The notes under the pieces were generated by a model. It searched no databases, was not told where the DNA came from, and worked only from the letters and a program-made list of their open reading frames with translations. 64,000 nt of DNA from an uncultured Actinomycetes bacterium (GTDB taxonomy: Bacteria; Actinomycetota; Thermoleophilia; RBG-16-64-13): the NCBI GenBank assembly GCA_963806155.1, contig CAWDXC010000009.1:120726-184725 (forward strand), in the 5' to 3' direction. Positions 18,913-28,623 of this stretch are shown one piece after another. Within the stretch, counting starts at the first letter, position 1; each line of letters opens with the position of its first letter. The position numbers and the translations under genes are program-made.

Positions 18913-19725
18913 ATGAGCGAGCCGGCCACCAGCGGGATGCTCGAAGCGAACGGCACCCGGCTGTATTACGAACGGCGGGGAAGCGGACCGCCGCTGCTCT
19001 TCATCTCGGGTGCTTCCGGAGATGCCGCCGATCATGCCGGAGTGGCCGAGCTGCTTGCCGGCGGATTCACGACCATCACCTACGACAGACGAGGCTTCTC
19101 CCGCAGCCCCTGGCCTGAGGGCGCCACCTGGACCTGGGTGGACCAGCAGGCCGACGACGCAGCCGCCCTGCTGGACGGTCTGGGACTGCTGCCCGCAGCC
19201 GTTTACGGCGGCAGTATCGGTGCCTTGACCGGGCTGAGCCTCCTCCTGCACCACCCGGAAGCGGTGACGAAGGTGATGCTACACGAGCCGCCTCTGATGG
19301 CCGGTCTCCCCGATCCGTCCGAGGGCATGGCCTACCTTCGCGAAGTAGTAAGGGAGGGCAAGACCAGGGGCGGATTGCTGGGAGGGCGGGAAGCGTTCCT
19401 CCGGGCCAGTCTGGGCGAAGCCAACTTTGACGCGGTCCCCGCCGACTACCGGGAGCGGCTCCTCTCGAGCGCCCCCACCTTTCTGATCCATGAGTTCGAT
19501 CGCTACGAGTGGTACCGGCCGGCCGACGAAGAGCTGGCTTCGGTGCAGCGGCCGGTCATAGTCCTCGCCGGCACGGAGAGCCCGCCGTTCTTCCGCACGG
19601 CCGCCGAGTGGCTGGCCTCCCGGCTGGGAACTGAGGTCGTCTCACTCGCCGGAGGCCACACGCCCCAGCGGGACCGGCCGCAGGAGGTCGCGGAGGCCAT
19701 ACGGAGGTTCCTCGGAGCGCGGTGA
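18913..19725 (+). CDS. Alpha/beta-fold hydrolase
   Basis: YDRRG.SRS, nucleophile elbow GGSIG, HEPP and C-terminal GGH; GAGGAGG RBS. Confidence 0.92.
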   Translation: MSEPATSGMLEANGTRLYYERRGSGPPLLFISGASGDAADHAGVAELLAGGFTTITYDRRGFSRSPWPEGATWTWVDQQADDAAALLDGLGLLPAAVYGGSIGALTGLSLLLHHPEAVTKVMLHEPPLMAGLPDPSEGMAYLREVVREGKTRGGLLGGREAFLRASLGEANFDAVPADYRERLLSSAPTFLIHEFDRYEWYRPADEELASVQRPVIVLAGTESPPFFRTAAEWLASRLGTEVVSLAGGHTPQRDRPQEVAEAIRRFLGAR

Positions 19726-19729
19726 CGCC

Positions 19730-19884
19730 GGGTATCTTGATGTCGAAGGCGGCGAACGCCTCCCTGATGCCGTCCCACTTGGCCTCCACCACCCGCCAGT
19801 TGATCCCGGCGGTGAGAATGAGCTTGCTCAGCACTCAAGGTAGCCGTCCAGCGATTCCGGCTTTTCGAAGTGCATGCCGTGCAT
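19730..19884 (-). pseudogene. 5' stub of a DNA-3-methyladenine glycosylase I (Tag)-like gene
   Basis: GGGAGG RBS, then MHGMHFEKPESLDGYLE(V)LSKLILTAGINWRVVEAKWDGIREAFAAFD with one frameshift; ends against the convergent hydrolase stop. Confidence 0.65.
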
Positions 19885-19950
19885 GCCTGCCTCCCTTTTC
19901 GCGCATTTCCCCGCTCGCTGATGTGCCCGGAAAGGGGCATCTCGAGTCAA

Positions 19951-19991
19951 GACGGGGCGGCGCGCCGCTTGCGGCGGCGCGCCGCCCCGTC
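19951..19991 (-). terminator. Hairpin terminator of the ECF operon
   Basis: Perfect 18-bp stem GACGGGGCGGCGCGCCGC-ttgcg-GCGGCGCGCCGCCCCGTC. Confidence 0.7.
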
Positions 19992-20023
19992 TCAGTCGAG
20001 GCCTACGCGAAGACCTGTGCCGG

Positions 20024-21127
20024 CTACTCGGACAGGACCAATCCTTCAGCGATCTTCAGCAGTTCTTCCACGGACAGATTGGTGAGTATCTCCACCCTCG
20101 TGCCGTCCACCAGCCAGATGAGCGAATTGGCGTCGTCATAGGTGAGAGACGGAATCTCGGGCGGGGTGCCCTGGGTCTCTGAGCCCGGAGCGCCGGCAGT
20201 GCCGTCATCCGGCTCTTGAACCACCTGGGTGCCACTTTCGACACTCGCGCCTGCAGACCCCGCGGGGCTGCCCTCGACGTGCACGCTGGGCGCGTCGCTT
20301 TCGCCGCCGCCCGCGGTCGCGCCGGATACCGTTACCGTCTCTGCCCCTTCGGGTGGACCCAGCGGCTCCACCGTTCCCGACAGGCCTGTCCTCAGTACGG
20401 CGGGTGCACCGTTTACCTCAGTCGCCTGTCCTTCCGGAAGCGACTCGCCCGAATCGGTGGCCGTCTTGACGACGAGAAAACGATCGCCGTTCTGGTACAG
20501 CGCCTGACCTTCCTCCCGCGCGGCCCCGCTCGAAGCCACCTCTCTGCCACCGACATCGCCGGCCGCGTCCGATCCTTCCGACGCGAGCACGCTCAGCGAG
20601 CCGGCCACATAGACAGGCATCGGTTCGAAGCCCTCAGGCAGATAACCGAGCTGCGGGGACTTCATTATGTCGATGTTGAACACGCCGGCGAAGAAGCCGC
20701 CGGCCGCGGCACGCGTCGAGGGCACGCCGACTATCACGGCGGCTGCGAGCACTACGACACCGACTGCTCCAAATGCGATCCTCCATCTCATCTTCATCGT
20801 GTGATCTCCTTGTGGGTGAGAACGAGTGGCGGGTCGGCTGTCCGGCGCCGGACGCGTGACCCATAGGGTGAACCGCCGGGGAGGAGTGCGCACGTCCTCC
20901 GCGACTCTCGCCTGCAGGCGATCCCACGCCCGCGGGGAGGGGGCTGCCTCGGCAGCCATGGACTCAAGGGAATCGTTCACTCGGCACCGGCTAAGGCTAA
21001 GGGCCGACAGTTCCCCCTCGCATGAGGCACATCCGGCCAGATGGGCCTCGATCAACGTCCGCTCCGACGGCATGACCTCGGAATCCAGGTACGGTACCAG
21101 CGCTCTCTTCACTTCGCGGCATTTCAT
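20024..21127 (-). CDS. Zinc-finger (zf-HC2/ZAS) anti-sigma factor with TM helix and extracytoplasmic domain
   Basis: MKCREV...YLD.E.....IEAHLAGCASC (HxxxCxxC), TM at about aa 115-135; directly downstream of the ECF sigma. Confidence 0.88.
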   Translation of the reverse strand: MKCREVKRALVPYLDSEVMPSERTLIEAHLAGCASCEGELSALSLSRCRVNDSLESMAAEAAPSPRAWDRLQARVAEDVRTPPRRFTLWVTRPAPDSRPATRSHPQGDHTMKMRWRIAFGAVGVVVLAAAVIVGVPSTRAAAGGFFAGVFNIDIMKSPQLGYLPEGFEPMPVYVAGSLSVLASEGSDAAGDVGGREVASSGAAREEGQALYQNGDRFLVVKTATDSGESLPEGQATEVNGAPAVLRTGLSGTVEPLGPPEGAETVTVSGATAGGGESDAPSVHVEGSPAGSAGASVESGTQVVQEPDDGTAGAPGSETQGTPPEIPSLTYDDANSLIWLVDGTRVEILTNLSVEELLKIAEGLVLSE

Positions 21128-21129
21128 CT

Positions 21130-21687
21130 CTAGGCCTCCGTCATAGAGCGGACAGGGCAGGGGAAGTCGGATTCCAGATCGTCGCGCATGAGTCGCATGG
21201 CATGATTCAAACGGGACTTCACGGTTCCGAGAGGCAGATCCATGATCTCGGCTATCTCGGCATAGGAGAGATCCCAGTAGTGGCGCAGGATCACCACCAC
21301 CCGCAGCTTCCTGCTCAGCCTATCGAGAGCCCGGCGAACCGAGTCCTCCTCGGCGTAGCGGTCGGGCAGGAGATGGGCTCCGCTCGGTATCTGCTCCTCG
21401 ACGACCTCCTCGAGACTGCCGGTCGGGGGACGGCCTCTCCGCCAGTTGAGACAGCGATTGACCGTGATGCGGTAGAGCCAGGTACTGAAGGCCCCTCGTC
21501 CTGGGTCGTATTCGTCGAGCGAGCGATGCACCTGGAGGAAGACCTCTTGCAGGATGTCCTCGGCGTCGGAGGCGGTTCCCAACGTAAGGTAGGTGGTCCG
21601 GTAGACCAGGTTCTTGTACTGCTCGAATAGCAGGCCGAACGCCTCTTCATCGCCGGCCTGACAGCGTCGTATGAGGACCAGATCCAC
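21130..21687 (-). CDS. ECF RNA polymerase sigma factor
   Basis: AEDILQEVF, FSTWLYRI..N and LSY.EIA......GTVKSRL; GGAG RBS before GTG 21687. Confidence 0.93.
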   Translation of the reverse strand: MDLVLIRRCQAGDEEAFGLLFEQYKNLVYRTTYLTLGTASDAEDILQEVFLQVHRSLDEYDPGRGAFSTWLYRITVNRCLNWRRGRPPTGSLEEVVEEQIPSGAHLLPDRYAEEDSVRRALDRLSRKLRVVVILRHYWDLSYAEIAEIMDLPLGTVKSRLNHAMRLMRDDLESDFPCPVRSMTEA

Positions 21688-21722
21688 GTAGGCTCCCGGT
21701 GCGAGTACTGCCTTTCCCTCAA

Positions 21723-21749
21723 GGTACACCGGCTGAGCCAAGAAAGTTC
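21723..21749 (-). promoter_or_regulatory. Possible autoregulatory ECF promoter
   Basis: GAACTT followed 14-16 nt later by GTGTA/GTACC on the minus strand. Confidence 0.3.
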
Positions 21750-21956
21750 GCCGGACAGTCGGGCCCGAAGCCCGCTCTTTACATCGAGCTTATGCGGCTA
21801 GAGCGTCTTCGCCCCGTACCAGCATCCACAAGGTTCTGCGGGCGAGACCAGGGCTCTCATGAGAGGTCGCGGGGGCTCGAGACGGCCGCCGACAACTCGT
21901 ATTCCGATAGTACAATCGAGGCTGTCCACCAGGAGTCTCTGGGAAGGTGCGGTCAG

Positions 21957-22266
21957 ATCGCCAAAGAGATCATCCTCTACAACGTCGCGCCGAGCGTGAC
22001 CGACGAGCAGTTCAAGGAATACGTGGACACCGAGAAGGGCCTCCTACATCGACAGTCTCCCATCGGTGAAGAGATATGAGCTGGTCAGGATCGACAGCAC
22101 CCGTTCGGGCGTGATCCCTTTCAGGTACTGCGGGATGGTGCACCTCAACAGCCTGGACGATTTCCTGAACATCGACTCCAAGACCGAGGCATACAAAGCC
22201 TTCACGGCCAAGATGGCGAGCATGACCTCGGAGATCCACGTCTGCTTCGGGGAGGAGATCCGCTAG
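21957..22266 (+). CDS. HapK/EthD-like dimeric alpha-beta barrel protein; apparent frameshift and non-standard start
   Basis: (I)AKEIILYNVAPSVTDEQFKEYVDTEKG joins IDSLPSVKRYELVRI...PFRYCGMVHL across a shift near 22045; the start position reads ATC after a GAAGG RBS. Confidence 0.55.
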
Positions 22267-22390
22267 AGAGGGTGGCCGGCAGCGCCGGGCCGCGAGGCTG
22301 GGCGGCAAGGCGACGCCTCAACGCGGTGCCGACGCAGCGCTTCCTGCGCTAACCCTCCCCGGCGCCAGCTTTCAGGGGGAGGGGCGCCTT

Positions 22391-23195
22391 CTATCGCAGG
22401 ACCTCCAGCACCTCGAGGTCGTCGATGGTCATCTTCATGCTGTACCGGTAGCCCCGATGCACCCGCACCGGCTGGAAGGGGTCGAGTTCGTTGTCGGGAG
22501 CGGGAAAGAACTTGAGATCGGCTTCGCCTTCCCACACCTCTGTGCGGTCGGTATCGCTCAGGATGGAGCGCACCAGCTCGCAGACCGGCGGCTTTGCCCG
22601 CCCACTCGCCGCAAGCTGAGGGAAGTAGCGCATGTTGACCACCGGACGCTTGCCCAGGTACACAGGATCGTCCGACACCTTCTCGAGCTCGATCACCGCC
22701 TCCGCCAGCCGCCGCCCGTTGGCCGCCAGCGTCCCCCCGAAGCGCCCGCCCGGCTCCACCCGAGGAGCCGCCTTCGACGTCAGCGGGAAGGCCCGGGTCG
22801 TGTGGATCTCGCCCCCCTTCTTCGGCCAGCCCTGGATCCAGCCGCGGGCCATGGCTGTGTCCTTGTCGACGTAGATGTAGGGGCAGGTACAGACCGCCTC
22901 GCCGCGGTAGAGGGCGTTCACGAGAAGGATGAACTCGTTGTACTGGCTGCGGGCCGGGTCGAGGTACTCCTGACCGGTCTCGCTCGCGTACTGCCAGGCT
23001 ACGAAGAAGGCGATGCACCCGCCGGGGTCCTTGGGATCGAGTTCCAGAGGCCGGGGGTAGGACCGCCTGGACGGCGCCGGGATCGGCCGCGAAGTCGACC
23101 ACGAGCAGGTCGCCGGCATAGTGCCAGGGAGGCGTGCACGTGAGCGAGGCTCGGCCTTCCGGGGACAGGGGCACGCTGAAACCTTGGAGCGGCAT
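22391..23195 (-). CDS. Acetoacetate-decarboxylase-family protein; one frameshift
   Basis: PPWHYAGD, QYNEF, YIYVD.D.AMARGWIQGWPKK (Schiff-base lysine motif); shift in a C run near 23055. Confidence 0.88.
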
Positions 23196-23606
23196 GGGGG
23201 TCCTCCTGGGGGATGGTGAACTGTGCGCGCTACTTCAGCATCTTCAGAATGTGCTTGGAAAGGGTGCCCGTGATCTCCCTGCGGCGATCCGCTTCACACG
23301 ACGCTCAGCAGTGGATGAACCTCTTGGTCTTGATGGCATCTATTGTAGCGCCTGGGCTGGGGCCCATGAGAGGGTAGGCTCCTCGTTATGGCGCGGGCGA
23401 TAGGTCCAAGCGGCCGTTGCCCCGCGGTTTGAATGGCCAAGCGAGAGTGCCACTCCGGCCACGGTCGCGCATCCGACCCCAGGCCGACCTTGGCGAGCCC
23501 AGGCGCCGGCAGGTAGTCCGACGGGGAAGAGGGCCGGCGGACAGACCGCGCGGCTCCCGCGCGGTATGAGCTGTCTTCGATCCCCTAAGGGGTAGCAGAA
23601 TAGGTA

Positions 23607-24206
23607 TCAGCGCGGCGTGCCGGCGCCGACCAGGCGCCTCTCGCTTCCGCCAAGCAACCGATCCAAAGCATCCCGCACTTCCATAGACGTTGGGTCGGTC
23701 CTGTTGAGGTAGCTCCGTTGCCTCAGGAAGTCGTTGACGAGTGCGATGACCGACCAATATCGCGTCGTTCCGCCCACGTCCCGATTCGTTTCGTACCTCC
23801 GGAACCACTCCACGACCTCCGCCCACCGCCAGACTCGGCTCCGTCCCGCGCCCACCCTTGTCGCGGGAGCCGGAAAATCACCGGGGCCTCTCTCCCCCCG
23901 TATCAGCAGGCGAATGCTCTCGTTCGTTCTCGTCATCCTTCTGGCGATGTCTGCGATAGTCACCAGGTCGTCGGGCTCGACGCGCGCGACTCGGGAACCG
24001 ACTCCAGCCTTCTCGATGGTTTGAATGGCCGAGACCACGGCCTCCAAGATGTCTCCGGCTTCCCGGGAGAAATCCGCGTAGGGAATGCCTGTGCACTGCC
24101 CGATCAGGGCGTCCGCAGCACCTGCCTCATGGAAGGCTTCAAGCATCTCGTCAGTGAGTTCGCCGCCCTCAAGCTCGAGGATCAGCGTGAAATCATATGT
24201 CTCCAA
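23607..24206 (-). CDS. Putative HicB-like antitoxin with an HTH domain
   Basis: YDFTLIL...DA.IG....YADF.REA...AV.SAI..IE, then LVT.ADIA.R....ESIRL...G.RGPG.FPAP; follows a small toxin-like gene. Confidence 0.6.
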   Translation of the reverse strand: METYDFTLILELEGGELTDEMLEAFHEAGAADALIGQCTGIPYADFSREAGDILEAVVSAIQTIEKAGVGSRVARVEPDDLVTIADIARRMTRTNESIRLLIRGERGPGDFPAPATRVGAGRSRVWRWAEVVEWFRRYETNRDVGGTTRYWSVIALVNDFLRQRSYLNRTDPTSMEVRDALDRLLGGSERRLVGAGTPR

Positions 24207-24212
24207 CCCACC

Positions 24213-24449
24213 TCACCTCCCGCGACAGCGGCACTTGTCGACTCTTCGCCGTATCTGTTTCGCGTGGTGCTCCGGGTTCATAGGGGTGCGCCACACGCTT
24301 GCTTGGCATGTCCCATGACCCGCGCGGCCGCGGCAGTACAACCGTCCCCACATGTGCGTGTGGCCGGAGGCGCGAACTACCACCCAACCGTGGTCCTCGG
24401 CATACCGCACAGCCTCCTCAACCTCTTTCGCCGGGTGCCGACTGCTCAT
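24213..24449 (-). CDS. Putative HicA-like toxin (78 aa)
   Basis: HP.KEVEEA..YAE..GW.......H.WG.LYC......C..SVW.TP.NP..HAKQIRR.VDKC. Confidence 0.6.
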   Translation of the reverse strand: MSSRHPAKEVEEAVRYAEDHGWVVVRASGHTHMWGRLYCRGRAGHGTCQASVWRTPMNPEHHAKQIRRRVDKCRCRGR

Positions 24450-24476
24450 AGGCGCCCGCAGCCCGGGGTTGTTGTG

Positions 24477-24504
24477 ATTATACCAACATGGGGTGAGGGC
24501 GCAA
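24477..24504 (-). promoter_or_regulatory. Extended -10 promoter of the HicA/B-like pair
   Basis: TG-G-TATAAT on the minus strand (24477-24485) with TTGCGC 16 nt upstream. Confidence 0.6.
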
Positions 24505-24822
24505 GACCGGTCGCCGGGAGGCGGCGTCTTCCCGAGTTGAACGGCGCTGAACAGAACATGGAGACCAGTCTGCCGCCGCGTCTGAACGTCCACGTCCGAC
24601 CAAGGGCCGACCTTGACGAACCAAGGGACCATGCTGTGACCGAAGGCGCCGCAGTGCTGGAAACAAGCCTGGCACCGTCAAACGAGTCAGCCCATCGCGC
24701 CGAGCCCCCTGCAGACCTCGGCCGGGCCGCCCGCTCCCTCGACAAGAGGGAGGGCGGCCCGGCCGCATGCAGGGAGGCCTGTGGCCAGGGCCCGCTGGGC
24801 GTCTCGCCTCAGGCGCGGCGCC

Positions 24823-25983
24823 TCACTTCGCCAGCCGCACCAGCATGGTCTTGGCGAAGGCGGCATGGCCGCGCCCGATCCACTTGACCACATGCATGAA
24901 GGCGATCAGCACAAGCGCGCCCACGATCACCGCGAACGGTATCCCCCACATTGGGAACCACCAGTGGTAGGTGACGCCCTCCCAGAGGAAGGTCTGGTCC
25001 CCCAGCCACCCGGTCCACGCCCACAGCGGGGTCGTGATCAGGCTGAGCCCCACAGCGATCCCGGTCACCGCGATGGTGAAGTAGATGACGCCCAGGGGCA
25101 GCATCAGGACCATGTAGAGCATGGAGAGCCAGGTCCGGCCGTCCTTCACCCAGAACCAGATCCGCTGGAAGAAGCCGGCGTTGGGAGGTTCGGCCCGCGG
25201 CCTGCGCGGCATGCGCGTCCCCAGGAACAGCTCCACGATCCGCCCTTCGAACAGCGCTATGGCGCGCACGATCCCCAACACCAGGAGGAACAGCGGCACG
25301 CCGATGATCAGTATCAGCAGCCCTCCGGCCGTCGAGACTCCGGTGACCACGATGGTGAAGTAGGCGATGCCCGTACCCAGCGCGATGATCATGTAGACGA
25401 GCGCTTTGTAGACCGCCGGGTCGATGAAGACGCCAAAGATCTGCCGCCAGACGCTGGGCGGCGCCACTGCTCCGGCCGCAGCGGTGGCCCCGGCCGCGGC
25501 CAGGCCGGCCTGGACGCCGGTCGGGAGGGGCGCGACAGGGGTGACGGGTGGGGCGGGCGCCACTGGCGCGGTGGACGCCACAGGGGCGGCCGTGATCTGG
25601 GCCTGAGTCACGGTCTGAGCCTCAGCGTCGTCCGAAGCCGCAGTCGAAACGGCTACGGCGGCGGCGGCCGCCGCCTCAACTACAGCCGGTTCGGCGCTTG
25701 CCGGCGCCGTGAGAACCTCAGCCCCGATGGCGACCGCAGCGGGCTCGGCGCCCATTGCGGCTGGTGCGGCAGCCACCGGCATCCCCAGGTACGCGGCCGC
25801 CACTTCCTCCGGCGTACCCGTACCCCTCGGCGACGGTCGCGAACTGGCCTCCCGCTGCCATCTCCGCCTGCAGGTACTCCTCAGCGTCGAACAGGGCGTC
25901 CTGCACCAGCGCCGGGTCCGCCCCCGCAGAACGACAGCGCCGCCTGCAGCTCCCTCAGATAGCTGTCTATGTCACTGAGCCAC
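24823..25983 (-). CDS. HAAS-like helical domain plus 'Sensor' (PF13796-like) 4TM domain protein; frameshifts in the N-terminal part
   Basis: IDSYLRELQAAL...ADPALVQDALFDAEEYL...YG(T)PEEVAAAYL, an Ala/Pro linker, then YKALVYM...GIAYFTIVVTG...IGVP...RTW...Y..L.LPLG.IYF; overlaps the padR stop. Confidence 0.75.
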
Positions 25984-26380
25984 GATGTCCCTCCAGAACG
26001 GCGTCCACGAATTCACGAGTCCTGATCCACGAGTCCTGCCACAGGCCGACCGCCTGCCGGCCCTCCTCGGTGACTTGGTAGTAGCGGCGAGGCGGACCCG
26101 TCACCGAAGGCTCCACCTCGCTCGTGAGCAGCCCCCCGGCCTCGAGCGACCGCAGCACCGGGTAGAGCGTCCCCTGCTTGACCGGCAGTCCCCCGCCGAA
26201 GCCCTCGAGCTCCTTGGCGATCTGATAGCCGTAGAGCGGCTTGTCCGCGTGAGCGAGGAGCGCCAGGAGGGCGAGCGACACGATGCCCGAGCTCAGCTCC
26301 TTCTGGAACTTGCGCACGCTGGCCGACACGACCTCCGGCGTATCCTCATCGAACTCTGGTAGTGCTGGTATATCTGTCAT
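25967..26380 (-). CDS. padR: PadR-family transcriptional regulator
   Basis: YGYQIAKEL...GTLYPVLRSLE..GL......PPRRYY..T..GR. Confidence 0.95.
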   Translation of the reverse strand: MTDIPALPEFDEDTPEVVSASVRKFQKELSSGIVSLALLALLAHADKPLYGYQIAKELEGFGGGLPVKQGTLYPVLRSLEAGGLLTSEVEPSVTGPPRRYYQVTEEGRQAVGLWQDSWIRTREFVDAVLEGHRGSVT

Positions 26381-26503
26381 TCAGTTCCGCCTCCGATCGT
26401 TCCGGACCGGTCGGCCGCCGGCAGGCCGGCGAGCCCTAGCTGTTGTTGACGAGCCCTTGGAAGCCCCTGCCGACCGGCGGGGACCGTTGCTTGTCATGAC
26501 CAC

Positions 26504-26537
26504 ACTATACTACTAAGTTCGTAATAGTCAAGAGGTC
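26504..26537 (-). promoter_or_regulatory. padR promoter/operator
   Basis: GACCTC-TTGACT-attacgaacttagtag-TATAGT; imperfect palindrome ACTA-N12-TAGT; 29/34 identical to 31923-31956. Confidence 0.85.
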
Positions 26538-26739
26538 GGAGTAGCAGACGTGAGAATCGGGGAAGTCCGTGGGCAAGATGTTGGGACGGGAGATGCGCGA
26601 GAACGGGAGTGAGTCTGGGACGAAGCGGCTGAGTCACCCGCGCAACAGCGAGGCCGTTAGTAGCTGTGGGCATCTCCAAGGGGCCGACCAAGGTGCTCTA
26701 CTCGCACATCGGCCTGCAATTGACAACCAGGGCCGCGTT

Positions 26740-28623
26740 TCACAACGACTTTGCCCCCGCTTGGCACAATGCGTCGTAGTTCGCATCGAATGCCGGCTCA
26801 CCGTCCGGCACAAACAAGACTGATCCGTCGCGCCCGCGAGTGAGCAGAACTCGGTAGCTGTTCAGCCTCAACTTGTGCGGGTCTCGGGCGTGTGATCGGC
26901 GCTGAGGGGGGCTTTGCCAGGCTCGCCCGTCCCAGCGAAGGTCGACACCCCAGCCGACAATCGGCAGATCGAGTTCCAGACCCTGACACTGGAATTCGGT
27001 CGCGGCCGAACTGAGCTGGCAGCAGGAGCCGAGTGATTCGGGATCATCGTAGTACCAGGGGCCTACCCTCATCCGCTGGGTGCTGTAGAAGTCGGTGGGG
27101 ATCCCAAAGGGATTCAGGCGTGCTTTGGACGAGCCCAGAAACCCATATCGCTTATCCTGCTCGACGCGGTACCTCTCTCGTGCGTAGCCGGTCGCTCGCT
27201 GTAAGTCCCTCGTGATGTAGAGCCGATAGCCCTGCTTCGCCATCTTCTCCGAGAGCGTCGCCGCGTCATCCAGCCTGCCGCCGAGTAAGTCCTGCACCCA
27301 GTTCTGGACATCCTCAGCCAGGTGGGAGCGGAGCGATATGTCCAGGTCCAGTGCCTCGCTCTCGTCGAGCCGACTTGCTGCCGTGAACAAACCCGCGATC
27401 TTGCTCGGGCAGTGCACGATCCAGGGGTCATGACTGTTCCTAATGGCATCGTTCCACTGACCGAGACCGGCCTCCTCGCCCAGATAGATCTCCTGACCCT
27501 CCCCTATGAGACCCACCATCAACGCCCAGGACCGCTTGCGCGAGCCAATGAGCAGGAAGTCCTCAGGTTCGGAGAGATTGTGCCCCCTCTTCTCGTGGAC
27601 TCGCTCAGCATCCCACGCCCGCTGAGCCTCGTCGTATACCCAGACGTGCTCCTCAGGCATGCGAGCGCTGGTCCCTCCATACTGTTTGAGAAAGCCATGG
27701 ACATCCTGAACGAACACCTTGCTTTGAAGAGCGTACTGGAGAACCTCCACGAGCGGGCCATTGCCAGACAGAAAGACGGCCGAACGTTTGCTTCCCATGT
27801 CTCCAAAATGGTTCTCGTAGACGAACTGCAGACCAACCAGGGTCTTCCCCGAGCCCGGGACTCCGGTGATGAGAGCAAGATGCAGCTCTTGAGCGTTGCG
27901 CGCCTTATGCGCCGCCGCGACCAGCGTGGCTATGGTCTCCGGGATGCCGGCGCTCTGCGCCTTGCGGATCTGGGGCAAGGGTTCGTGCTCGAAGATCCGA
28001 CGCGCGGCGCTCACCAGGGAGGGCAGCGGTGAATAGTCGGCGTCGATCCAAGCCTCCGCTTCGACTGGCTCATCTGGCGCTCGCCGTTCCAAGGTGACAA
28101 TCGCTTCCTCTAGGCCCTGGGGATTGACCACGGTGACGTCCCCCAGTTGACGCCTCGCCTCCCTACCGCGGGTCAGCACGAGGAGGGGGTCAACCAGCTT
28201 GTCGTGAGAAGCCGCGTGGTAGTGACGAAGATCGCGCGCGTACGCGGCAACCTGGTCCACGTGCGCTTGCAGAAGAGTGCCGGACTCTTTGAACTCGAGC
28301 ACCATGACCTGAGACCCAGTGAGGATCACCACATCTGGACGCCGGCCCCGTTCTCGCGGCAATTCATACTCGAAGACGACGGCCCAGTTCTCGGCCCTCG
28401 GATTAGACGCGACGGCCCCGCCGAGCACTGCGGTCATTATTGTGAACTCACCCCGCCAGGCTTCCATCTGGCCACCATCTGGCTGCATACCCATCAATTG
28501 CAGGTGGCGGGCACGAAGCGAAGCCAGCAGGTCGGACTGCGTCAGTTCCAGGAAATCGGAGACCGTGCCGTGCCAGCCACAAGGAGCCGTGCTGAAGCCG
28601 GCGACCGCGCTATCTGAAGCCAT
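26740..28623 (-). CDS. PD-(D/E)XK nuclease plus DUF2075 (Schlafen-group-3-like) helicase
   Basis: FEYELP...RRPDVV.L......LEFK; Walker A GVPGSGKT, Walker B YDEAQR, QGLELD and YRVLLTRGR. Confidence 0.85.
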   Translation of the reverse strand: MASDSAVAGFSTAPCGWHGTVSDFLELTQSDLLASLRARHLQLMGMQPDGGQMEAWRGEFTIMTAVLGGAVASNPRAENWAVVFEYELPRERGRRPDVVILTGSQVMVLEFKESGTLLQAHVDQVAAYARDLRHYHAASHDKLVDPLLVLTRGREARRQLGDVTVVNPQGLEEAIVTLERRAPDEPVEAEAWIDADYSPLPSLVSAARRIFEHEPLPQIRKAQSAGIPETIATLVAAAHKARNAQELHLALITGVPGSGKTLVGLQFVYENHFGDMGSKRSAVFLSGNGPLVEVLQYALQSKVFVQDVHGFLKQYGGTSARMPEEHVWVYDEAQRAWDAERVHEKRGHNLSEPEDFLLIGSRKRSWALMVGLIGEGQEIYLGEEAGLGQWNDAIRNSHDPWIVHCPSKIAGLFTAASRLDESEALDLDISLRSHLAEDVQNWVQDLLGGRLDDAATLSEKMAKQGYRLYITRDLQRATGYARERYRVEQDKRYGFLGSSKARLNPFGIPTDFYSTQRMRVGPWYYDDPESLGSCCQLSSAATEFQCQGLELDLPIVGWGVDLRWDGRAWQSPPQRRSHARDPHKLRLNSYRVLLTRGRDGSVLFVPDGEPAFDANYDALCQAGAKSL

